Below are positions 21,835-29,140 of a DNA stretch of 34,320 nt, piece after piece. Under the pieces are notes generated by a model, which worked only from the letters and a program-made list of their open reading frames with translations, did no database searches and had not been told where the DNA came from. Both the position numbers and the translations under genes were made by a program. Position 1 is the first letter of the stretch; each line of letters starts with the position of its first letter. Origin of the DNA: Candidatus Cloacimonadota bacterium (GTDB lineage: Bacteria > Cloacimonadota > Cloacimonadia > Cloacimonadales > WRIO01); contig JAKQQL010000342.1 in assembly GCA_029564175.1 (NCBI GenBank), forward strand, positions 1 to 34,320, read 5' to 3'.

Positions 21835-21874
21835 CTTTCCCCCGATGCATTATTGATATATCTTTATCTAGGTC

Positions 21875-21903
21875 AATTTAGATTTATATTGGATTTTTGT
21901 CAA
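21875..21903 (-). promoter_or_regulatory. Sigma70-type promoter for the EF-G-like gene
   Basis: Minus strand TTGACA-17 nt-TAAATT. Confidence 0.6.
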
Positions 21904-22007
21904 GAAAATGTATGATTTTTATTCATCCTGTTAATAATCAGTCGCTTATCTCTTTTAAAAATCTGCTAACTATTGATATATTTTAACTTTTTAGAAGGCA
22001 TTTTTTA

Positions 22008-22826
22008 CTATTCATTTGCTTCCATATATTGAATTAATTTGATTTGATACTGACTATAACTCAGTTTTTTAAATCCTTTTGGCATACTAAACACTTTGTC
22101 ATCCACTTTCATGTGAGAAATCTCTGTAATTTCATTATTAACAGATTCCACACTTGCATATATTTTCGGGTTGGATTTAGTCCGAATTCCATAATCAAAA
22201 CGCTTCATGATATAACCATTCTGTTCAATCATTTCAACCAGTTGGGTGATACTGTCAACATTCAGACCCATGGCATCGAGTTTCATTTTTCGCTTTTGTT
22301 TAAAAATGGATTCCACTTTTTTCATGGATTCAAATGGTATTTCTTTCATCATATCATCTTTAACTTTTTTTGAAATCCAAATTCTTTGAATCAGAAGTGT
22401 ATCATTAAACACTTTATATTCAAGACTTGGATAACCGGCAATCATGATACTGTCTCTGATCATATCCATGCGGGGAACTAATCGGGCAAATAGTGCTTTT
22501 GTCGCTTCAGCCATCTGTTTTTTTCGATCAGGATCCAGCTCACTCAGTTCCTTCTTGATTTCTGCCTTCGTTTGTTTTTCGATTTCTTTTTTAAAATCAT
22601 CATAACTGATTCTTGTATATGATTTTATATCATAATTGACCATAGTAAGCGTCATATTTCTAAAATCCCATACAGAAACTACACGATCATTTATCACTTC
22701 TGCAAATTGTCCGCGTGCATATATCTCTTTGGAAGTATTCATCCCTTCCTGACGGGTGATAATCATATCAGCATAAACATAAATCTGCCAGATTATCAAG
22801 ACTAAAAAAAGTATCTTTTTTTTCAT
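22008..22826 (-). CDS. Hypothetical exported protein
   Basis: 272-aa ORF with signal peptide MKKKILFLVLIIWQIYVYA; C-terminal DDKVFSMPKGFKK resembles DUF4412/GLPGLI-like tails (unverified). Confidence 0.7.
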   Translation of the reverse strand: MKKKILFLVLIIWQIYVYADMIITRQEGMNTSKEIYARGQFAEVINDRVVSVWDFRNMTLTMVNYDIKSYTRISYDDFKKEIEKQTKAEIKKELSELDPDRKKQMAEATKALFARLVPRMDMIRDSIMIAGYPSLEYKVFNDTLLIQRIWISKKVKDDMMKEIPFESMKKVESIFKQKRKMKLDAMGLNVDSITQLVEMIEQNGYIMKRFDYGIRTKSNPKIYASVESVNNEITEISHMKVDDKVFSMPKGFKKLSYSQYQIKLIQYMEANE

Positions 22827-22981
22827 GTTTCATCCTAATTACTGTATCGTTGATTTTTTTTGTACTACAAGAGTTTACATTTCCTATTGACCTGATTCTT
22901 GTCAACAGAGATTTTTCAAAGTTGTAACATAAGCTGAAAGTCTTTAAGTTTAGTGCATTGACTTCCTAAAAAAGTATAAAT

Positions 22982-23150
22982 GTTTGAAAGGATTTGCGAA
23001 ACGTAGAGACGCGATTTATCGCGTCTCAGAGAATACCGTAAATCTTAAATCCGTACTACAAGCGTCCCGCTTGAAGCCTGTTTCTGCAAGCTGAAAGCTC
23101 GCAGTACGTTTTCGGAAGAGCGGCGCTTCGCTTCGTGCGTCCATACAAAC
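22982..23150. repeat. Mosaic REP/BIME-like element, copy 1
   Basis: GTTTG...CAAAC ends; GTAGAGACGCGATTTATCGCGTCTC at 23003-23027; inverted GTAC-hairpin pair; family-A REP at the right end. Confidence 0.85.
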
Positions 23151-23251
23151 ACATTTTATCTTTACTTTTTTAAGATATTTCTTAAGCTGATGACAAAGAA
23201 TGCCTGCTACCACTTTGTGAACTCTGCCTGGCATTATTATTTACACTTACC

Positions 23252-25246
23252 CTACTTCATTAATAGCATTTTCTTTGTCAGCGATTGACCTGATGTCTCT
23301 AAACGATAAAAATAAACACCACTGCCAACTTGATGTCCATGCTGATCATCCCCATTCCAGGTTAATGAATGAGAACCTGCTGACAGATAATTATCAGCCA
23401 GTGTTTTTACTAACTGACCTTTAACATTATAAATACGCAGCTTGACCTGATCTGCCTTCTTGAGTTCAAAAGCAATCTGAGTGCTTGGATTAAATGGATT
23501 AGGGTAGTTTTGTTTAAGCGTTACCAGCTCTGGTTTTATAACAGGTTCATCAGTTGATGCATAGTTATGAAAAATAATAGAAGCAAACATCACATCACCG
23601 CCTGGAATACTTCCACCTTGAAGTGAATAACAACCATATTCATTATCATTTAAAAACATCATGTTAACTCTGTTTGTTCCAGGCGCTACCACATCCACTT
23701 CTTTGGCAATATGAAAACTGACAGGTCTTAACTCTGCCAGTTGAGGTGCATAATGTTCATCCCCAGGCACAGCATTCATAATATCAAGACCAAGACCCAT
23801 AGTTCCTTGTCCATAAGAGTAGGCAATATATACTTCAGGTGAACTTGCAAACTGCTGATAGTTTAAGTCACCACTGTCATGATATATGTAAGCCTTTAGG
23901 GCATCATTCCAGATTGTGGCAGAAACCTGATTCGCATTCATATTGCTCTGTCTCAGATAGGCATTATGAAAAATATCATCGGTATCATGATGTGGATAAG
24001 GTAACTGTATATGTTGTAACAACCAATTTCCCTGTTCATCAAAGGAATCTGGCATTCCATTTTCATCGAAGTCCCAGGGGATAGTCAATAAACCGTCTTG
24101 AGGATGCAGACCTTTCGGTTCTAAATCACTTACAAAAACAGTTTGAGTATTAAAATCAAAACTAACATTTTTCACATAACTGGTCAGTGGCCAATAAAAG
24201 CGATTATCAGGGTTACCCTGCTCTTCAAATGTACAGGCATATATACTGGGGAACTGAACTTTAGAATCAGTAAATGTCATATTGACATGAGAAGAGCCAT
24301 GATGTTGTATCTCGTAATTTAACTGGTTTGCAGGATATACTTGCCCGTCACTATTCACAGGAGAAGGGATTGGCCTTGCAGTATTGAAGGTATGGGTAGT
24401 AAACTCACCACTGCCATAATTTTCATTTACCAAAAAGAACACATCATGGGGTTCATATAACAAACTGTCTGCATTCGTTGGAGAACTGAGCCCCTCTTTT
24501 GCTAAAACATACCCGCCAACAACCACCCGGTTATCCTTAACTGCAAAAGTTGGATATGGTCTTACAACAGCTAAAGAGTTTGTAGCAGATGTAAAATAGG
24601 GGAATTCTGCATAATGCCATTCTAAGTCAAGGGTTGAATCTTCAAAAAGACTATCATCAAAATCTGCATAAGCATAATGTATTCTACAAACTCCTAACTC
24701 ATTTTGAACATTTCTATAAGCAAAGACATGAATACGTCTCTTATTCTCAAAAGGGGATGTGCCAATATAAACTACCGGACTTAGATAGAATTGCCCATCA
24801 GCTGAAGGAAAGACTAATACATTTTCAAAAGAGTTTACAACATTTGGATTAACCAGTGTGATCAATACATTAGACTGTGTATCTCCGGCATTACGCTTGT
24901 GCCATACAAAAAAGGCAGCTCCACTGCTTTGATCAATCGCCAGTGAACCAATTCCTTCATACTCATCACTATAGGTCAAAGCACCCTCATGTAAAACCAA
25001 ACCTTGAGCGCTAACATAAGCATATCGTTGCTTTCGAGGGGCAGTTAATGATGACTGATACATATATGTCATAAACAGATTACCGCTTGTCTGGTCTTTT
25101 TCAATCGCAAAACCATTATACCCGCCAATTTGATAATCATAAAAGTTATCTGCCTTGACAATAACAGGATTGACATCAAAGGTAACTTGGGCAAAAGCAA
25201 AACTCAGCATTGACATTAACACTAATAATACTGCACTCTTTTTCAT
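23252..25246 (-). CDS. Secreted protein with C-terminal FlgD-Ig / T9SS type-A-like sorting domain (paralog 1)
   Basis: Signal peptide ending AFA-Q; C-terminal LKQNYPNPFNPSTQIAF...IYNVKGQLVKTL...WNG...SGVYFYRL...KKMLLMK; GGAGG RBS. Confidence 0.85.
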   Translation of the reverse strand: MKKSAVLLVLMSMLSFAFAQVTFDVNPVIVKADNFYDYQIGGYNGFAIEKDQTSGNLFMTYMYQSSLTAPRKQRYAYVSAQGLVLHEGALTYSDEYEGIGSLAIDQSSGAAFFVWHKRNAGDTQSNVLITLVNPNVVNSFENVLVFPSADGQFYLSPVVYIGTSPFENKRRIHVFAYRNVQNELGVCRIHYAYADFDDSLFEDSTLDLEWHYAEFPYFTSATNSLAVVRPYPTFAVKDNRVVVGGYVLAKEGLSSPTNADSLLYEPHDVFFLVNENYGSGEFTTHTFNTARPIPSPVNSDGQVYPANQLNYEIQHHGSSHVNMTFTDSKVQFPSIYACTFEEQGNPDNRFYWPLTSYVKNVSFDFNTQTVFVSDLEPKGLHPQDGLLTIPWDFDENGMPDSFDEQGNWLLQHIQLPYPHHDTDDIFHNAYLRQSNMNANQVSATIWNDALKAYIYHDSGDLNYQQFASSPEVYIAYSYGQGTMGLGLDIMNAVPGDEHYAPQLAELRPVSFHIAKEVDVVAPGTNRVNMMFLNDNEYGCYSLQGGSIPGGDVMFASIIFHNYASTDEPVIKPELVTLKQNYPNPFNPSTQIAFELKKADQVKLRIYNVKGQLVKTLADNYLSAGSHSLTWNGDDQHGHQVGSGVYFYRLETSGQSLTKKMLLMK

Positions 25247-25347
25247 GATTCCTCCACTTTATTGTTTTTTCTTATAAATACAATATAAATTCAAGCTCGT
25301 CAAGTTTATTTTTTAAAATTTTTCATTTTTATCATTCCAACTTCCTT

Positions 25348-25519
25348 GTTTGTATGGATTTGCGAAATGTAGAGACGCGATTTATCGCGTCTCAGAGAAT
25401 ACCGTAAATCTTAAACAATCCGTACTACAAACATCCCGCTTGAAGCCTGTTTCTGCAAGCTGAAAGCTCGCAGTACCTTTTCGGACGAGCGGCGCTTCGC
25501 TTCGTGTGTCCATACAAAC
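25348..25519. repeat. Mosaic REP/BIME-like element, copy 2
   Basis: Near-identical to copy 1; palindrome at 25369-25393; outer IR gtttgtatgga...tccatacaaac. Confidence 0.85.
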
Positions 25520-25620
25520 ACATTTTATCTTTACTTTTTTAAGATATTTCTTAAGCTGATGACAAAGAATGCCTGCTACCACTTTGTGAACTCTGCCTGA
25601 CATTATTATTTACACTCCCC

Positions 25621-27618
25621 CTACTTCATCAATAACATTTTCTTGGTCAGCGATTGACCTGAAGTCTCTAAACGATAAAAATAGACACCACTGCCAACTT
25701 GATGTCCATGCTGATCTTCCCCATTCCATGTTAATGAATGAGAACCTGCTGACAAATAATTATCAGCCAGTGTTTTCACTAACTGACCTTTTACATTATA
25801 AATACGCAGATTGACATGATCTGCCTTCCTGAGTTCAAAAGCAATCTGAGTGCTTGGATTAAATGGATTCGGGTAGTTTTGTTGAAGTATAACCTTTTCA
25901 GGTTTTAAAACGGGGTCATCTGCTGAAACAGAGTTAAAAGTCATGGAAGCAAACATCACATCAGCACCAGGATTAAGTCCACCTGGAATTAGATTGCATC
26001 CATAACTTTTATCATTTAAAAACATCATATTGATTCTGTTGGCTGATGGAGATACAACATCAACTTCCTTAGCAATATGAAAATAAACAGGTATTAAATT
26101 GGCCAATTCTGGCGAATAATGTTCATCCCCTGGTACTGCATTCATGATATCAAGACCCAAACCGCTAGCACCCTGCCCATAAGAATAGGCAATATAAACT
26201 TCTGGAGAACTGGCAAACTGCTGATAGTTTAAATCTTCATTCTCATGATATTCGTAAGCCTTTCGGGTGTCATTCCATACGGTGGCAGCCACATGATTCG
26301 CATTCATATTGCTTTGCCTCAAATATCCTAAACTAAACATATCTTCTGGACAATGATGAGCAGATGGAAACTGTAAACACTGAAATTCCCAATTTCCCTG
26401 TTCATCAAAGGAATCAGGCACACCATTTTCATCAAAATCCCAGGGGATCGTCAGTAAACCATCTTGAGGAAAATCACCTGTCGGCTCTAAATCTTCAATA
26501 AATAATGATTGCGTATTAAAATCAAACGCAACATTCTTCACATAACTGGTTAGTGGCCAGTAAGAATCATAACTTAGCGAATTTTCTTTATCAAATGTAC
26601 AAATATAAACAGCGGGAAACTGTACTTTTGATTCATTAAAAGTCATATTGACATTATAGAGTGAACCATGCTCAATCTTATAATTTGACTGATCAGCAGG
26701 AAAAACTTGTCCGTCACTATTTACCGGTGAAGGGATTGACCTTGCTGTATCGTATGTATAGAGAGTAAAATTCCCCTCTCCATAGTTTTCATTCACCAAA
26801 AAAAATGTATCATGAGGGGCAAACAGTAAACTGTCTATATTGGTGGGAGAGCTGATCCCTTCTGTCGCTGTAATACGACCTCCTACAACCACCCGATTAT
26901 CCTTAACCGCATAAGTGGGATAAGTTCTTGCAATAGTCAAAGAGTTTTGAGCCGCATCAAAATAAGGAAACTCCGCATAATGCCATACCAGATCAAGGGT
27001 ATTACAATTAAATAAAGAATCATCAAAATCAGCATAGGCATAATAAACCTTTCTAATATACCCGCCTGAGACATCATATTCTTGTTTATTGGTAAAGACA
27101 TGAATACGCCTTTTATTATCAAAAGGGGATGTCCCTATATATATCACTGGCCATGTATAGCTACTCTCATCTATGGCAGGGTAGATTGTCGAAAATGGAT
27201 AAATATAAGCATTTTCAGGATCAATTGCCGTAATCATTATTTCAAATAGATTGTTTTCTATGTTTTTTCTATGCCACACAAAAAAGGCATGCCCTGTATT
27301 TTGGTCTATTGCCAGTGAACCAAATCCTTCATTTTGATCATCATCAGTCAATGTTCCGTCATGAATGATCTGCCCTTGTGAATTGATATAGGCATACATC
27401 TGCTTTCTCTGAGACGATCCAGATGATTTGTACATATAAGTCATAAAGAGATTGCCTGTTGCCTGTTCTTTTTCTATTGCAAAACCGTTGTACCCGCCAA
27501 TTTGATAATCATAATAGTTATTTGCCTTGATAATGACCGGATTAACATCAAAGGTGACCTGGGCAAACGCAAAACACAACATCAACATTAATACTAAAAA
27601 CGCTGCACTCTTTTTCAT
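25621..27618 (-). CDS. Secreted protein with C-terminal FlgD-Ig / T9SS type-A-like sorting domain (paralog 2)
   Basis: Colinear with paralog 1; start reset to MKKSAAF at 27618 (GGAGG RBS, matches the paralog). Confidence 0.85.
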   Translation of the reverse strand: MKKSAAFLVLMLMLCFAFAQVTFDVNPVIIKANNYYDYQIGGYNGFAIEKEQATGNLFMTYMYKSSGSSQRKQMYAYINSQGQIIHDGTLTDDDQNEGFGSLAIDQNTGHAFFVWHRKNIENNLFEIMITAIDPENAYIYPFSTIYPAIDESSYTWPVIYIGTSPFDNKRRIHVFTNKQEYDVSGGYIRKVYYAYADFDDSLFNCNTLDLVWHYAEFPYFDAAQNSLTIARTYPTYAVKDNRVVVGGRITATEGISSPTNIDSLLFAPHDTFFLVNENYGEGNFTLYTYDTARSIPSPVNSDGQVFPADQSNYKIEHGSLYNVNMTFNESKVQFPAVYICTFDKENSLSYDSYWPLTSYVKNVAFDFNTQSLFIEDLEPTGDFPQDGLLTIPWDFDENGVPDSFDEQGNWEFQCLQFPSAHHCPEDMFSLGYLRQSNMNANHVAATVWNDTRKAYEYHENEDLNYQQFASSPEVYIAYSYGQGASGLGLDIMNAVPGDEHYSPELANLIPVYFHIAKEVDVVSPSANRINMMFLNDKSYGCNLIPGGLNPGADVMFASMTFNSVSADDPVLKPEKVILQQNYPNPFNPSTQIAFELRKADHVNLRIYNVKGQLVKTLADNYLSAGSHSLTWNGEDQHGHQVGSGVYFYRLETSGQSLTKKMLLMK

Positions 27619-27719
27619 GTTTCCTCCACACGACTGTTTTTTCCTATAAATACAATATAAATTCAAGCTCGTCAAGTTAATTTTTTTAAATTTTTCATTT
27701 TTATCATTCCAAAATCCTT

Positions 27720-27889
27720 GTTTGTATAAATTTGCTAAATGTAGAGACGCGATTTATCGCGTCTCAGAGAATGCCATAAATCCTAAACTATCCGTACTAC
27801 AAGCATCCTGCTTGTAGCCTTTTCTGCAAGCTGGAAGCTCGCAGTACGTTTTCGGACGAGCGACGCTTCGCTTCGTGCACCCTACAAAC
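27720..27889. repeat. Mosaic REP/BIME-like element, copy 3
   Basis: Palindrome at 27741-27765; GTAC-TACAAGCATCCTGCTTGTA at 27794-27816 and its inverted partner at 27825-27847; family-A end CCCTACAAAC. Confidence 0.85.
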
Positions 27890-27922
27890 CGCTTTTTATA
27901 AAAATATTTGAGAAAAACCTCA

Positions 27923-28057
27923 AGGGTAGTGCAAAAACCAGAATTCAGTAGGAATGATATTTAGTTAACTATGTGCGTAATCGCCTGGATCACAATGAAC
28001 TACAAAAGCAAGCGCTGTAGGTGCGACACATTCAAATCTACTATTTTACACAGACTC
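27923..28057. mobile_element. Degenerate copy of the 135-bp MITE at 32311-32445
   Basis: gtgcaaaaacc..attcagtaggaat....tacaaaagcaagcgctgtaggtgcgac....ttttacacagactc is colinear with the 32311 copy; right TIR intact, left decayed. Confidence 0.65.
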
Positions 28058-28605
28058 ATAAACCCAGACATATTGTCTGTTTTAGGCACTTCTCTATTAG
28101 ATATATATTTTATTTTACGATCGTTAGCCAGTGTGACGTTATAACATGATCCCCAATTCTCCTGATTCAACTGATAACTCATACGCACAGGTTTGAGAAT
28201 TTTGAATTCGATCAGTTTAAAAACGCTCATTTTCAGCAATAGTTGATCAAAGACAACACTACATTTTTCAGCATCTGCTGTCTTGATAGAAAATCGTCTG
28301 ATCAAGCCATGTATCACCATCAGAAAGACACTGTACGCTGAAACCCCTCGTTTTCTGAGATTTGGATATTCAATCTTATAACGTCTGGCATATTCGGCAA
28401 GGTCTCTCATAAATGGTTTGGATAGTCGGTCCCATACAGCTCGGGTTATCTGATTGACTTGGATAATATTAAAATTCTGAGCCTGCATTTGATGGTCTTT
28501 TAATACCCTGCTAATACAAATTTTACCATTTTGAGACCAGGCAAGATGCAGATCTCCTGCCTTTTTGGGAAAATCTTTTACTTTGTCTGAAAAATATACT
28601 CTCAT
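28000..28605 (-). CDS. Hypothetical basic protein
   Basis: 201-aa ORF with GAGG RBS; no recognised motif; last ~19 codons and the stop lie in the MITE. Confidence 0.6.
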   Translation of the reverse strand: MRVYFSDKVKDFPKKAGDLHLAWSQNGKICISRVLKDHQMQAQNFNIIQVNQITRAVWDRLSKPFMRDLAEYARRYKIEYPNLRKRGVSAYSVFLMVIHGLIRRFSIKTADAEKCSVVFDQLLLKMSVFKLIEFKILKPVRMSYQLNQENWGSCYNVTLANDRKIKYISNREVPKTDNMSGFMSLCKIVDLNVSHLQRLLL

Positions 28606-28977
28606 TATTTCCTCTCTCCCTACAGATAATATACTCCTTTTTCTTTTTTATGCAAATTATTTCTCTTATAATTCTCTTATCTATCCTGTAGAATACCTGC
28701 TCATTATTGTCTAAACACATCATCATCACGGTCTTACTGTATGATTAGTTGAATGGAAATGAAATAAGGAAGCTCCGGGTATGAAAGAGAGGTCATTGAG
28801 GGTTTATAGTGATTTAATCAGGCTTTTAAGTTAAGAGTGTTAGAAGTACAATATATTTAGAAGATTATTACAATGCCTAACTTATAATATTTTTTCGGTT
28901 TAAAATAACTTACCACCCCGTCCCAAAGGTACACGAATTAAACTTTTATCGAATTTAAAACTCATTTTTTTGTATAT

Positions 28978-29094
28978 ATCCGCCTAATCCGCTATATCCG
29001 TATCTAAAATATACCTGTTCTAATTTTATATTTTTATCCGTTATAATCAGCGCTATCCGTGTCTAAAAAATATCCGTAAGAATCAGCGTCAAAA
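28978..29094 (+). repeat. Short periodic ATCCG/ATCAG repeats (9-10-nt period, three blocks)
   Basis: ATCCG at 28978/28987/28996 + TATCTAAAA; 29036/29046/29055 + TGTCTAAAA; 29072/29082 + CGTCAAAA. Confidence 0.6.
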
Positions 29095-29121
29095 AGAAAA
29101 GCGGAGATTGCTCTCCGCTTT
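29091..29121 (-). terminator. Rho-independent terminator after the CoA-disulfide reductase fusion
   Basis: AAAGCGGAG...CTCCGCTTT stem followed on the minus strand by TCTTTTT. Confidence 0.75.
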
Positions 29122-29140
29122 CCAAATATCATATCTTCTT

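Noticed and set aside
23252..25880. Diversity-generating retroelement TR/VR pair at the near-identical 3' ends
   Set aside because: Differences are mostly synonymous and not adenine-specific; both copies are inside full genes; no reverse transcriptase
27619..27675. N-terminal extension of paralog 2
   Set aside because: The RBS and alignment with paralog 1 place the start at 27618
23003..27765. CRISPR array from the identical 25-bp palindrome
   Set aside because: Copies are ~2.37 kb apart and embedded in longer repeats; no cas genes
22982..27889. Integron cassette array with attC sites
   Set aside because: The elements begin GTTTG and end CAAAC, opposite to RYYYAAC...GTTRRRY; genes carry their own leaders; no integrase in the window
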